Source of the DNA: Bdellovibrionota bacterium
GTDB taxonomy: Bacteria > Bdellovibrionota_C > UBA2361 > JAAYZI01
Assembly (NCBI GenBank): GCA_050950765.1
Contig: JBMNIF010000002.1
Coordinates: forward strand, 1 to 64,000
Direction of reading: 5' to 3'
DNA length: 64,000 nucleotides
The translations under genes and the position numbers were made by a program. The notes beneath the pieces were generated by a model that was given only the letters and a program-made list of their open reading frames with translations, was not told the origin of the DNA and ran no database searches. The first letter of the stretch is position 1; each line of letters starts with the position of its first letter. Below, piece after piece: positions 42,749 through 53,961 of the stretch.

Positions 42749-43759
42749 ATGAATCTTCTTTTCCAAAATGCTTTACATAATATTCCGCAGGCGGTACCAC
42801 CGATCTGGTTTATGCGTCAAGCCGGTCGCTATCAAAAAAGCTACCAAAAGGTGCGCGAACGTTATTCATTTGTTCAGATCTGCAAAACTCCTGAACTAGC
42901 AGCTCAGGTAGCACTCTCCCCTATTTTAGAATTTGATCTGGATGTAGCTATCCTTTTTAGTGACATCCTTTTCCCATTAGAAGCGTTAGGTATGTCATTA
43001 AATTACGCTGCTACGGGAGCGCCGCACCTTTCTCCTCTCCTCAAAGATAAAAGTAGCGTTGCAAATCTTCGCTCACCACAAGAAGCCATACCACTACTCT
43101 CTTTTCAGCACGAAGCCTTAACAGCTACTAGATCCCTATTACCAAACAACAAGAGTTTAATCGGTTTTATTGGAGGTCCCTTTACCCTCTTTGCTTATGC
43201 CGTTAAAGGGCATCCTCTGCAAGGTTTTGCGCCAACACCAGATCTGTTAACGCTTTTTCAACCTTTTTGTGAAAAGATACTCCCTCTTTTACGCGCTTCG
43301 ATCTTAGAACAGATCAGTAGTTCTGCAGAAATCGTTATGATTTTTGACACCTCTGCCGGTATGCTTAATAGGGAGCTGTATTTAGAGTATGTTCTTCCAC
43401 AACTCAAGGAATTAGTTGATGGTATCTCTGATAAGGTGGCTTATTATGCGCGGGGATTAGATCAAGTGCTTTTTGACGATCTCTTTTTTCAATCTCTAGC
43501 CGGAATTGCTTTAGATTCTAGATCTGATCTCGCTCGATATTTTAATAGAAAGGGGTTTATACAAGGTAATTTTAATGAAAAACACCTCCTCACCGATTCG
43601 ACGCAATTAACACAGCAAGTTTTTAACTATCTTAATTCTATACGAGAACTTCCTTATCAATCTAACTGGGTTTGTAGCCTCGGTCACGGCGTACTCCCTA
43701 CTACTCCCGAAGCCAATGTGCATAAGTTTATAGAGCTTGTTAGGGGATATTTTAAATAA
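42749..43759 (+). CDS. hemE: Uroporphyrinogen decarboxylase
   Basis: PIWFMRQAGRY, FSDIL and LGHGVLP. Confidence 0.95.
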   Translation: MNLLFQNALHNIPQAVPPIWFMRQAGRYQKSYQKVRERYSFVQICKTPELAAQVALSPILEFDLDVAILFSDILFPLEALGMSLNYAATGAPHLSPLLKDKSSVANLRSPQEAIPLLSFQHEALTATRSLLPNNKSLIGFIGGPFTLFAYAVKGHPLQGFAPTPDLLTLFQPFCEKILPLLRASILEQISSSAEIVMIFDTSAGMLNRELYLEYVLPQLKELVDGISDKVAYYARGLDQVLFDDLFFQSLAGIALDSRSDLARYFNRKGFIQGNFNEKHLLTDSTQLTQQVFNYLNSIRELPYQSNWVCSLGHGVLPTTPEANVHKFIELVRGYFK

Positions 43760-43864
43760 TAAAACACAACAATCTTTTTCACTTAAAAACAGAGTCTCTA
43801 ATAAATTTTATATCTTGCAATGCCGATATTAAAGAACGTGATAGTTATTACAATGAAAAAATAA

Positions 43865-45550
43865 TTAAAGCTTATAAATCGCTTCAAAATTAGATATTCT
43901 TGTCTCAGGTTGACCTTCAGCGTTTAAGACCACTATACCATCTGGTCTTCTTGCTATTAAAACATTATTTAATGAAAGGAAATCTCCACAAAAACCTGCC
44001 ACCTGAAGCTGCTCTTGCAGTACGGTGAAGAGCTTTCTAGCTCTCTCTTCACTAAAAACCTCACGCTCTATCGCCTGAATCAGATCAATTGGCTCATACA
44101 AAGCACCCACTTGCTCTGCCACCCAAGAATCGGGACCATTATAAAAACCTCTTATTGAGATGTAGTTTCTATTTTCACGTAAGATTGGAGAACCATCAAT
44201 AGCACATAAATCACGGTGACTTTCAAAGCGAGAGGTATCAGAGACACCTTCCACCTTAGTGCTGCCGGTCATGTAGATAGCTCTAACGTAAACACACGGT
44301 ATCCCAGCTTCTTGTAACTGTGTGGCGATAGCGAACTCTTCAAAGGGGCTATTAAAGCCACGTCCTTTTTTTAAAAAAAGTTCCGAACAAGATTCAGGAT
44401 CCGGCATCTCACCAACGCGAGAAGTCCTCCAAACGATATGCACATTATCTTTTGTAAGGGTATAATAGACCTCATGCAGTTTAGATAGCGCTCTGCTCGG
44501 AGTTTTGCGCCACCTTTCAGGAAGAAAGTAATCGTATAGCCTTGAGTTACGCCCCACTACCCATAACAAGCCACCAGTGCTCTCCACCTTACCGTGTACA
44601 TATGGCACGCCCATAATCTTTGTCTCAACGAGATATTCCGGTAGCGGTGCATGCACAAAGCGGTCTCTCTGTACATCTAAATAAGAATTCCTCCTATCCT
44701 GTTTTACACGCGCCTCGTGTTTAGGCGTTCGAAGCAAAAGCTCATAATCAATAATCGCATACCTGCCGTCTTCAATTACCTTATCAATGAACTTCGTCGC
44801 CACATCAAGATTTTTAGTCTCTTCAAATAGAACTCGCATCCCTAAGACGCACTCTTCCGGCACTATAATATGAACCGCCTTCATATCTGCCATTGAGAAC
44901 TCTTGCGCTGCCAAATCATCGAGAACAGTTGTTGTAATCGGCTCCAACTTATCATCAAGAGTTTGCCCCTTTAATCCCAACTCTTCCAGAGCTTGCACAA
45001 CATCCAAACCATCTATCCACTGATAGATCAATTTATATTGTCGTAAGATATCGAGTTCAATTCCTGGGTGTCGGCGATTGATCTTATTAATCTTATTACG
45101 AGACCTCCCTGTTTGCCAAAGTTGCAACCTCTCAGGAGGGATATAAATCGCCAAAGGATTCTGCGTTATGATCTGCTTTTTATCGACATCTTGAGGTTTA
45201 GTGCGCAACTCCGTTACAAGGGAGAACTCCTCCCAAGGGCTGTTAAACTCTGCATTAACGAACTGTTCCAAAATATGCGTATCGACTGGGACATCCTCTC
45301 CCACACGGCAATTTTTTACTACGAGACGTAAGACCTTCCCATCGACCTCTTTCGTCGGCACTTTAAAAACAGCGCTGGTTCCCTGCAACCGTTCGCTTTT
45401 CTCAGAGAACCAACTCTCTTCATACCAGTTTTCAACATTTAGATGTTCACTCCACTTTAAACCATGCTCGGTAAAATAGATATCGCCGCCATCAGAGGTC
45501 TTCCGATGGACATAAGCGATACCTAAGATATTAAGAGTCTCATCTTTCAT
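43865..45550 (-). CDS. Uncharacterised protein with two related kinase-like halves
   Basis: 561-aa ORF with internal repeats RVGE...FNSPWEEF and RVGE...FNSPFEEF. Confidence 0.7.
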   Translation of the reverse strand: MKDETLNILGIAYVHRKTSDGGDIYFTEHGLKWSEHLNVENWYEESWFSEKSERLQGTSAVFKVPTKEVDGKVLRLVVKNCRVGEDVPVDTHILEQFVNAEFNSPWEEFSLVTELRTKPQDVDKKQIITQNPLAIYIPPERLQLWQTGRSRNKINKINRRHPGIELDILRQYKLIYQWIDGLDVVQALEELGLKGQTLDDKLEPITTTVLDDLAAQEFSMADMKAVHIIVPEECVLGMRVLFEETKNLDVATKFIDKVIEDGRYAIIDYELLLRTPKHEARVKQDRRNSYLDVQRDRFVHAPLPEYLVETKIMGVPYVHGKVESTGGLLWVVGRNSRLYDYFLPERWRKTPSRALSKLHEVYYTLTKDNVHIVWRTSRVGEMPDPESCSELFLKKGRGFNSPFEEFAIATQLQEAGIPCVYVRAIYMTGSTKVEGVSDTSRFESHRDLCAIDGSPILRENRNYISIRGFYNGPDSWVAEQVGALYEPIDLIQAIEREVFSEERARKLFTVLQEQLQVAGFCGDFLSLNNVLIARRPDGIVVLNAEGQPETRISNFEAIYKL

Positions 45551-45568
45551 TGAAACCGTATTAAGGAA

Positions 45569-47062
45569 TTAGCGATGATACGTTATCATCATCTGCTTTA
45601 ATTCTTTAGCCTTGGCTAAGGAAAGATCTTGCGGCACAAGCTTCCAACGATAATTGCCACCTTTAACACTACCACCAGGGAGGTTCTGACGTGCCACACT
45701 TCCCAACTCTAAAACATCCTGCATTGGAACAACGGAGAGGGATGCTACAGAGGAGTACGCCATGCGCATTAAAGACCTGACGGGAGACTCAACCCGCTTG
45801 CCTACATAATCTTCAAAAAACTTACGTGTCTTTTTAGATATACTTCTATACCAGCCGAGAGCTGTGTCGTTATCATGCGTTCCGGTATAAACAACACAGT
45901 GCTCTTTATGATAATGCGGCAAGTATTCATTCGTAGCATCACCATCAAAGGCAAATTGCAGAACCTTCATCCCCGGTAGATTCCACCTATCACGTAACGC
46001 CTTTACCTCTGGAGTTAACAATCCTAAATCTTCAGCGATAAAGGGAGGCTCTCCAAAAACTTTATGTACCCTCTTAAAAAAAGCATCACCTGGACCTTTC
46101 TTCCAAGTGCCGCCCTTTGCAGTTTTATTTTTAGCCGGTACATCCCAATACCGTTCAAAGCCCATAAAGTGATCGAGTCTGACTAAATCTGCCTTAGAGA
46201 AAGCACCTCGTAAACGATCCATCCACCACGAAAATTGTTCTGCCTTATGTGCAGACCAATTATATACCGGCATCCCCCAAAGTTGTCCTGTCTCTGAAAA
46301 ACAATCAGGTGGCACACCAGCTTGTCCTAATTGATTACCGGCTTCATCATAACTAAATCGTTTTAAAGCAGCCCACACATCTTGACTATCTTTAGCGCAA
46401 TAGATCGGAACATCACCGATAATCTTAATCCCTGCCGATGCAGCATATTCTCTTAATTTATCCCATTGTGAACAGAATAAAAATTGATAATATTTTTGAA
46501 AATCTACCAACTCTTTATTTTCGCGAACAAACGTTTTAAGCGCATTATTATCGTGTAGTGCAAGCTTAGTATCCCATTTCCACCACGGCTTACCACCACT
46601 CACAACTTTCAAAGCGGAAAATACAGCCCAGTCATCAAGCCACCACCTCTCTTTTTTACAAAAATCTTCAAACTCAGCATAACGACCATCTGATTTTTTA
46701 GCAAAGAACCTCTGCGCCGCTTGCTGCAACAAGCGCTGTTTTAAAGGACGCATCTTCTCATAAAGCACTTTTTTACCATCCGGAATAACAGCATCTTTCA
46801 GATCAGTTTTTGTAAGCTCTCCTGTTTTACGCAGGGCTAATAGATCGATATATTCGTAAGCTCCCGCCCAAGATGATTGCGATGAGTACGGTTGGTTTTC
46901 CTCAGTTAAAGGACCTATCGGCAAGATCTGCCACCACTTTTGCCCTGCTTTTTGCAGCCAATCAACAAAACGGTAAGCCCCTGCTCCGAGATCGCCGATC
47001 CCCATAGAACCTGGTAATGATGCTACATGTAATAAGATTCCGGCACTACGTGATAATTCCAT
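45569..47062 (-). CDS. malQ: 4-alpha-glucanotransferase (GH77)
   Basis: GILLHVASLPG, GQLWGMP, RLDHF, AEDLG and YTGTHDNDT. Confidence 0.96.
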   Translation of the reverse strand: MELSRSAGILLHVASLPGSMGIGDLGAGAYRFVDWLQKAGQKWWQILPIGPLTEENQPYSSQSSWAGAYEYIDLLALRKTGELTKTDLKDAVIPDGKKVLYEKMRPLKQRLLQQAAQRFFAKKSDGRYAEFEDFCKKERWWLDDWAVFSALKVVSGGKPWWKWDTKLALHDNNALKTFVRENKELVDFQKYYQFLFCSQWDKLREYAASAGIKIIGDVPIYCAKDSQDVWAALKRFSYDEAGNQLGQAGVPPDCFSETGQLWGMPVYNWSAHKAEQFSWWMDRLRGAFSKADLVRLDHFMGFERYWDVPAKNKTAKGGTWKKGPGDAFFKRVHKVFGEPPFIAEDLGLLTPEVKALRDRWNLPGMKVLQFAFDGDATNEYLPHYHKEHCVVYTGTHDNDTALGWYRSISKKTRKFFEDYVGKRVESPVRSLMRMAYSSVASLSVVPMQDVLELGSVARQNLPGGSVKGGNYRWKLVPQDLSLAKAKELKQMMITYHR

Positions 47063-47094
47063 AAAGAACTCCTAAAAATTTTTACATAAAGAAA

Positions 47095-47583
47095 CTACGC
47101 TATCGCCTTAAAACAGACCTTTAGAACCTCAACTCCCAACTCTCCTTTCGGAGTGTTGTATGTAACCCAGTCTCCCTCTTTTGCCTTTGCATTAATCAAA
47201 GCAGAACCTAACGGAGAAAGCCATGATATTTTTCCATTTAACACATCTACTTCATCAGATCCTACAATGGAATAAGTTTTTTTATTATCATCCTCGTCAC
47301 ACAAGGTAACGGTTGCACCGAACTGAACATAATCGGAGGTCACCGTTAACGGATCAATCACAAAAGCTTCATCTATGTGTTTTGAAAGGAACTCAATGCG
47401 TTTATCTATCTCTCTAAGTTTTTTCTTACCGTAGATATAATCTCCGTTCTCTGAACGATCGCCGTTTGAAGCAGCCCACGCTACCTGTTGAGTAACTTGC
47501 GGTCTCTCATCATGCTTGAGGGTATACAGCTCCTGATTTAATCTAGCTAGACCGGCTGGTGTTATGTAATTCTTTTGTGCCAT
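47095..47583 (-). CDS. greB: Transcription elongation factor GreB
   Basis: WAASNGDRSENGDYIYGKKKLREID. Confidence 0.95.
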   Translation of the reverse strand: MAQKNYITPAGLARLNQELYTLKHDERPQVTQQVAWAASNGDRSENGDYIYGKKKLREIDKRIEFLSKHIDEAFVIDPLTVTSDYVQFGATVTLCDEDDNKKTYSIVGSDEVDVLNGKISWLSPLGSALINAKAKEGDWVTYNTPKGELGVEVLKVCFKAIA

Positions 47584-47688
47584 AGTTATTCTTAACAGAC
47601 TTAACAGAGACTCAAGTTTTTGATAATAATTCAAGCTGAGCAGTGTGTCGAGATAAGAACTCTTAAGAAAGTTCACAAAAGGGGAGAA

Positions 47689-48990
47689 ATGAACCATAAA
47701 AAAAACGATTGCGCTATTTTACATTACGATAATCACGAAATTGAATTACCGATCGTCGAAGGTAGTATGGGCGAACGTGCCATTGATATCTCGCGATTAC
47801 GTGCTGAAACCGGTTTAATTACACTGGATAACGGTTATGCCAATACGGGGTCTTGCAAATCAGCTATAACTTTCGTTGATGGTGAGAAAGGGATCTTACG
47901 TTATCGTGGCATCCCGATTGAAGAGTTAGCAGAGAGATCAACCTTTATTGAGGTCTGTTATTTACTGATCTACGGCAAACTTCCCACAACTCTCGAGCTC
48001 TATGAATTTCGTAAAAAAATCGGGCGTTACGCCTTGATTCATGAAGATATGAAGAACTTCTTCAATCAGTTTCATGGAGAAGCTCATCCTATGGCGATTT
48101 TAAGCTCTATGGTCTGTTCTCTTTCGGCGTATCATCCGGAGTTATTAAAATCAAATCAATCCCCCGCAGATAGAGATGAAACAATTACGCATCTACTTTC
48201 AAAGGTGCGCGTTTTGAGTGCCTTTGCTTATAAACGTTCTATCGGACAAACTTTCATCTACCCACATATGAAGTACGATTATATAGAGAACTTTCTTTAT
48301 ATGATGTTTGCCACACCGATAGAAGATTACAAGATAGACCCTGTTGTAAAACGTGCCTTAGATCTACTTTTTATTATTCATGCAGACCATGAACAAAACT
48401 GCTCAACCTCAACAGTGCGCATGGTAGGATCTGCTAGAACCAATCTTTTTGCCTCTGTTTCCGCTGGAATTTGCGCCTTATGGGGAGAGCTGCACGGTGG
48501 TGCCAATCAAGCTGTAATTGAGATGTTAGAAAACATCTACAATAGTGGAGAGGGCTACAAAAAATTTATTGAAAAAGCAAAAGATAAAAATGATCCTTTT
48601 AAATTGATGGGTTTCGGACATCGCGTCTATAAGACTTATGATCCGCGTGCAAAAATTATAAAGAAAACTGCTGATGATGTTTTAAAGAAACTTAATATTT
48701 CAGATCCAATTCTTGATCTAGCACAAGAGCTGGAAGAAGTAGCGTTGCGCGACGATTTCTTTATAGAGAGACATCTCTACCCCAACGTTGATTTCTACTC
48801 CGGTATTATTTACCGCGCTATCGGAATACCAACTAATGACTTTACTGTAATGTTTGCGTTAGGACGTTTACCTGGTTGGATTGCGCAATGGAAAGAGATG
48901 GTAGAGCAAGGTGAAACAAAACTTTATCGCCCACGTCAGATTTATATCGGAGAAACTGAGCAACACTACATCCCAATCGATGCCCGTTAA
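47689..48990 (+). CDS. gltA: Citrate synthase (type II)
   Basis: HADHEQNCST, HGGANQ, GFGHRVYK and YPNVDFYSG. Confidence 0.97.
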   Translation: MNHKKNDCAILHYDNHEIELPIVEGSMGERAIDISRLRAETGLITLDNGYANTGSCKSAITFVDGEKGILRYRGIPIEELAERSTFIEVCYLLIYGKLPTTLELYEFRKKIGRYALIHEDMKNFFNQFHGEAHPMAILSSMVCSLSAYHPELLKSNQSPADRDETITHLLSKVRVLSAFAYKRSIGQTFIYPHMKYDYIENFLYMMFATPIEDYKIDPVVKRALDLLFIIHADHEQNCSTSTVRMVGSARTNLFASVSAGICALWGELHGGANQAVIEMLENIYNSGEGYKKFIEKAKDKNDPFKLMGFGHRVYKTYDPRAKIIKKTADDVLKKLNISDPILDLAQELEEVALRDDFFIERHLYPNVDFYSGIIYRAIGIPTNDFTVMFALGRLPGWIAQWKEMVEQGETKLYRPRQIYIGETEQHYIPIDAR

Positions 48991-49205
48991 TAAAAAAATA
49001 AAATGCTTTTAAAAAGGGTTATTTTTACTTAAATTAAGTAAAGTAAGATTATTTTATGTAAAAATTCTACAATATTATCAATACCTTCCCCGTAATAGCA
49101 CCAAATTATAATTTTTAGCATAACTTATTAATGTAGGGGAATTTTGAGCCTATGTAACGGTTCTAGAAAATGTTCCTGTTCTTTCACAAATCATTAGAAA
49201 TGTAG

Positions 49206-49904
49206 GTGAAAAATGTTGATCCTGTCTGTGGCGTTTTGCCTCGTCGCTTTTGCCGGTGCCGCTTACGGCGTTTTCCTGTTTTGGGGATTCGACATTACCC
49301 AACTCTGGTTCTCGGAGTTCTTCTCGGAGTTCTCTTGGGAAACTTTCAAAGCCAATGTTCAAGGACTGCACCCTTCCGCTTTGGAGACGGTCTACCAATA
49401 CCGTTCCGAAATGGTTGCACTCGTTGTTATCATGGCTTTGTTTCTGAAGGCTGTCGGCGCTTTTAGCGCGACTAATACGGACTGCTCTTTTAGGGTTATC
49501 GTCCTTAGGGTGTTATCTGCGCTGGCGGAGGGAGGTATTTTCGGGATCATTTTAATGCTCTTCGAAAGCCGTTTCCCTGGGGCTATCGCCCGATTGGGGC
49601 ACCGCCCCTTATCGCCTGCCTTGTTATTGGAGTAGTTTTACTACTATCCAAGTTCAAAATTAGCTATGCATTGCTAATAATATACCTACTTACAATCGGC
49701 TGGGCGATATTTACTAGAAGCTCTGGTCAAACTATTACACTGTCGATATGGCCCACGGTATACCTGAGTGCACTTGTACCACTTTGTGCGCTCGGAACTC
49801 TTCAAGCGCTCTACAGAGACAAGTCAGACGGCGAACTCTATGTTATGAGTTGGGTACGTCTGTACGGACTGGCTTCATTAGCGGCTATCGTGCTTCTTGT
49901 ATGA
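49206..49904 (+). pseudogene. Frameshifted paralog of the membrane protein at 50665-51489
   Basis: Shares FDxTQLWF, FSWETFKA, FGIILMLFESRFPGAIA and RxYGL with 50665-51489; split into ORFs 49213-49635 and 49671-49904. Confidence 0.7.
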
Positions 49905-50084
49905 AAATATAAGAAGCGTCGTTAAAGTCATCTGAGAGGTCGCACCAAGAAGGGGGAAAAAGGTTTTTACTACAAAGGGCTCAATTTTCCCCCCTCCTTT
50001 TCTTCAGATTAACTAAGCACCCCACCCCAAACTAAAACCCCTCTCAAAGCCTAATTGATCTACTTTTCAGCATCAGCCAGCCTA

Positions 50085-50540
50085 CTTTTTTAACCTCCGT
50101 AGAAATCTAGCCGATCCCGTTCTGCTGTTGCAGCCAGCCCTGCTGTCCCTGAAGGGTGGCACCAAATTTTTGACCTTCGTGAAAACCTAACCGATTCGTT
50201 TTGTAGTGACAGCCCGTTCAATCGTCCCTGAAGGGTGGCACCAAATTCGCCAAATGCTAAGCTTTTGCTAACGTCTTGATATTATTGGCTATCCTAATTT
50301 CAGAGTCTTGTAGCACTGGTGGGTGGCACCAAATTTCCGCTGCTGTCCCTGAAGGGTGGCACCAAATTTTCTGGTGGGTGGCACCAAATTTTCCCTCGTG
50401 AAAACCTAACCAACTTGCTTTTTAATATCAGCCCGCTCAATCGTCCCTAGCGAGTGGTAGTAAATTCCGTAGAAATCTAGCCGATCCCGTTCTGCAGTTG
50501 CAGCCACCCCAATCATCCCTAAAGGGTGATGGTAAATTTC
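50085..50540 (+). repeat. Motif array between the paralogous membrane-protein genes
   Basis: GGGTGGCACCA at 50154, 50233, 50321, 50354 and 50376; degenerate copies at ~50452 and ~50524; 79- and 88-bp modules. Confidence 0.9.
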
Positions 50541-50664
50541 TTTAACTTTACGATTTTTGGTATAACTTACAATGATATGAGAGGAAATTGAGCCCTTATA
50601 AAAGGTTTTTATAAGAGGTTCCTCCCCGTTCTTTAACAATTGAAAGGATATAAGGAATATAAGG

Positions 50665-51489
50665 ATGAAAAAGATCTACCTCTCTTCCGAACAAAGGTTC
50701 GACTTCGTTAATAACGCCTTTGCATTTTTGGCGTTGTTTTTCTTTGTCGCCGATGCTGTTCCTTTGATCTGTAGATTCGACACTACACAACTCTGGTTCA
50801 CGCAGTTCTCTTGGGAAACTTTCAAAGCCGATGCTCAAGGACTGCAGATCTCCGATTTGGGAATCGCCAAGGGATACAATCCTACAATGGTTGCAAGCGT
50901 TATCGTTATGTCTCTGCTTATCGGAGTCATCGCCGTTTTCAGAGTTAAAACGAACAACCCCCGAGAGGTTTTAAACTTTGAGATGCTCTCCACACTTGTG
51001 GAGGGAGGTGCCTTCGGGATCATTTTAATGCTCTTCGAAAGCCGTTTCCCTGGAGCCATTGCCCAATTTGGGGCACTGTACTTTATCATCGGCGCTGCTC
51101 TGCTGCTCTTTATTGTAGCAGCTTTACTAAAGCTCAGGTTCAAAATTAACTTCGTATTCTTACTACTCATAAGCATAGCCGCGACTTTCTGGGTGATATT
51201 GATCAGCTGCGGTGTCCAAACTATTAGGCTGTCAGTGTTCCCTACACTGTATCTGACTATGCTCATGATGCTTAAGTCGCTTGAAATTATTCAAATGCTT
51301 GATAATTGGCAAGTAGTAGAAAACGTACAGGGTTTCGAGGAGCTAGAGCTCGAGGATAAAATATACGACGAAGAAACAAGACAGGAAGTTCAAAAAACTG
51401 AAGAAGAAGCTCACCGCGAACTCAACTATGCAAGCTTCCTGCGCGTTTACGGTCTAATCTTACTATCGGTTATGACGGTTCTTATATGA
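50665..51489 (+). CDS. Hypothetical multi-pass membrane protein
   Basis: About 7 hydrophobic segments; no family recognised. Confidence 0.7.
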   Translation: MKKIYLSSEQRFDFVNNAFAFLALFFFVADAVPLICRFDTTQLWFTQFSWETFKADAQGLQISDLGIAKGYNPTMVASVIVMSLLIGVIAVFRVKTNNPREVLNFEMLSTLVEGGAFGIILMLFESRFPGAIAQFGALYFIIGAALLLFIVAALLKLRFKINFVFLLLISIAATFWVILISCGVQTIRLSVFPTLYLTMLMMLKSLEIIQMLDNWQVVENVQGFEELELEDKIYDEETRQEVQKTEEEAHRELNYASFLRVYGLILLSVMTVLI

Positions 51490-51530
51490 AAATATCAGAA
51501 CCTGTACCAAGTACTTGCAAGGCTACGCTA

Positions 51531-51585
51531 AAAAAAGAGGGGAAGGTTTCTTTCACAAAAAGGGCTCAATTTTCCCCTCTTTTTT
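51531..51585. terminator. Possible bidirectional terminator (large loop)
   Basis: AAAAAAGAGGGGAA...TTCCCCTCTTTTTT between convergent genes. Confidence 0.5.
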
Positions 51586-51616
51586 CAGATATCTACTTCA
51601 GAAAAATAAAAGAAAA

Positions 51617-52126
51617 CTACTTCCTTATATATTTAAGAAACGTCAAATTTTCAGGAGCGCTCTGTTTTTGCACCACCTTAAATGAATCTTCAAAGTGTGG
51701 GAAGAAAGCATCCCCCTTATGAGATGCAGGCACAAGAGTTATAAAAGCCTCCTCCCAAAAAGGGAGAGTTAATTGATAGATCTGCGCACCGCCTATAATC
51801 CAGAGGTAATCTCCTTGAATAGAGGTGCGTCCTTCTTTTACATCATTTAGATATCCGATTAGATCGTTACAAACTTTTACGCCGCTTGGAAAATCTTCAG
51901 CAGTAATACTTCTTCCTGCTACAATATTTAACCGATTCGGTAGTGGTCTAAACTTCGGGGGTAAAGAATGATAAGTTTTGTGCCCCATTAAGACGGTGTG
52001 TCCTGTTGTTAATTCTGCAAAATGCTTCATATCTTGCGGATAACGCCACGGGATAGTGTTGTCTACCCCGATGACTCGTATCTCATCCATAGCGGCAATT
52101 GCAGCAATTGTTATCTTTTTCATCAA
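51617..52126 (-). CDS. folA: Dihydrofolate reductase
   Basis: VIGVDNTIPW...DMKHF, LMGHKT, RPLPNR and IIGGAQIY. Confidence 0.93.
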   Translation of the reverse strand: MMKKITIAAIAAMDEIRVIGVDNTIPWRYPQDMKHFAELTTGHTVLMGHKTYHSLPPKFRPLPNRLNIVAGRSITAEDFPSGVKVCNDLIGYLNDVKEGRTSIQGDYLWIIGGAQIYQLTLPFWEEAFITLVPASHKGDAFFPHFEDSFKVVQKQSAPENLTFLKYIRK

Positions 52127-52623
52127 AACACTTTCCCCTTATTCCATTAAATCATTATTAAAAAATCGATCCCTAACTCCGTATCATAAGAGGTATTTAA
52201 ACTTTCCATATAAAGCAATTTCTTCATCCTCTAAAGTTAGCACCACCATCTTTTTTCGCTCCATTCTCACAATTTTCCATTCTCACAATTTTAAAGAGTA
52301 GATCGGTTGTTTTATACAGACTTTCTAATTCAAATACACCACCTTCTATCACGGCAGTGCTTCCTTATTGGTTATTGTTTGCACAACAAAAAAACCGTAC
52401 TACTAAGAAAAGGATGCTCAACATAAATCATTGTGCATCCTCTTTCATATACAACTTCCTATTCAATTTTCAGGTGTACCCTCCGTCCTATATAAATTAT
52501 TTACCAGCAAGGCTTTATGTATCTTCTTTAATAAATAAATCCAGCTCAACCATCCCAACAACGCCAGTCTTTTCTTCAGAGAAACCTTGAGTTTAAAAAA
52601 CTCTTTTTAAAATTAAACCTATA

Positions 52624-53430
52624 TCAAACTGCAATATCAAACTTAATATGCGGCAACGGATCATAGTCAGTTAATGTAAAGTCTTCATACTTAAAGTTAA
52701 AGATATCTTTAACCTCACGGTTTAAAGTCATCTTCGGTAACGCTCGCGGAGTTCTTGAAAGTTGTTCTTTAGCACCATCTAGATGATTAGAATAGATATG
52801 CAGATCTCCAAAGGTGTGAATAAACTCATACGGAACAAGCCCCGTTACCTGCGCCACCATCATCAACAACAAGGCATAACTTGCTATATTAAACGGCACT
52901 CCTAACATCAGATCAGCGGAGCGTTGATAAAGTTGCAAACTTAAGTTCTTACCGTTAACGTAAAAATGAAATAAGGTATGACACGCTGGTGGCGCAACAA
53001 GTGGTAAATCAGCCGGATTAAATGCTATGACCAAGATACGTCGACTCTCTGGATTTGTTTTAATCTGTGTTATCACATTAGAGATCTGATCAACCGTTCC
53101 ATTCGGTCCCGTCCAACGTCTCCACTGCTTCCCGTAAATCGGTCCCAAGTCTCCATTCTGATCCGCCCATTCATCCCAGATCGTCACCTTATGATCGTTT
53201 AAATATTTTATGTTGGTATCCCCAGCTAGAAACCACAAAAGTTCATGAATAATCGAACGGAGGTGCACCTTCTTCGTTGTTAATAGAGGAAAGCCATCTG
53301 ATAAGGGGAAACGCACCTGCCTACCAAAAACAGAATACGTTCCGACCCCCGTTCTGTCCTTACGAAATGCTTCGTTTACAGGTTGCCCGTTCGTAAGCAC
53401 ATCTTCAACCAGATCTAGATATTGTTTCAT
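52624..53430 (-). CDS. thyA: Thymidylate synthase
   Basis: DRTGVGT, ELLWF, PPACH and [14 protein letters not shown]. Confidence 0.97.
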   Translation of the reverse strand: MKQYLDLVEDVLTNGQPVNEAFRKDRTGVGTYSVFGRQVRFPLSDGFPLLTTKKVHLRSIIHELLWFLAGDTNIKYLNDHKVTIWDEWADQNGDLGPIYGKQWRRWTGPNGTVDQISNVITQIKTNPESRRILVIAFNPADLPLVAPPACHTLFHFYVNGKNLSLQLYQRSADLMLGVPFNIASYALLLMMVAQVTGLVPYEFIHTFGDLHIYSNHLDGAKEQLSRTPRALPKMTLNREVKDIFNFKYEDFTLTDYDPLPHIKFDIAV

Positions 53431-53936
53431 TACACGCCCCCTTTTAAACAACTTAAAATCAATCTTTTAGAACTACCTCCCAAATCTGCCGGTAACTTCT
53501 CAAACGAGATATCACCCTCCGAATTTAGTGCCAGCGGGAAAAAAGATAGTTCAGCTATCTCAAAACTATGCGGAGCAACCTCTCCTTTAAAATCACGCAC
53601 CTCAAAAAAAACCGCATGATCGTGTTTCCCATCACACCGATTATAAAAAACACCTTTTATCTTAAGAGATTCTTGACTTAGTTTAATCCCCAACTCCTCC
53701 CAAAGTTCACGACAGATCGCTTCCTGTACACTTTCACCTTTTTTGACACCACCCGCTGGTAGATACCAACCTTTTCTGTAACTGTGTCGCACCAAAAGGA
53801 TCTGACCTGATTCATTAAAAATAGCAGCCACCACCCCTAACGTTAGTGGTCGTCTAATCCGATTCCAAATAACTAGCACCTTATAAGCTTGCCTGAAACA
53901 GAACTCAAAAAAGATATTTTGCCTCTTATTCTTCAT
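53430..53936 (-). CDS. NUDIX hydrolase
   Basis: Nudix box [27 protein letters not shown] overlap with the thyA start. Confidence 0.92.
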   Translation of the reverse strand: MKNKRQNIFFEFCFRQAYKVLVIWNRIRRPLTLGVVAAIFNESGQILLVRHSYRKGWYLPAGGVKKGESVQEAICRELWEELGIKLSQESLKIKGVFYNRCDGKHDHAVFFEVRDFKGEVAPHSFEIAELSFFPLALNSEGDISFEKLPADLGGSSKRLILSCLKGGV

Positions 53937-53961
53937 GCTTTTCCATAGAAAACTACAATTT

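Noticed and set aside
43802..43829. Sigma28-like promoter TAAA-N16-GCCGATAT
   Set aside because: It points antisense into a gene end with no downstream ORF, so it is probably a chance match.
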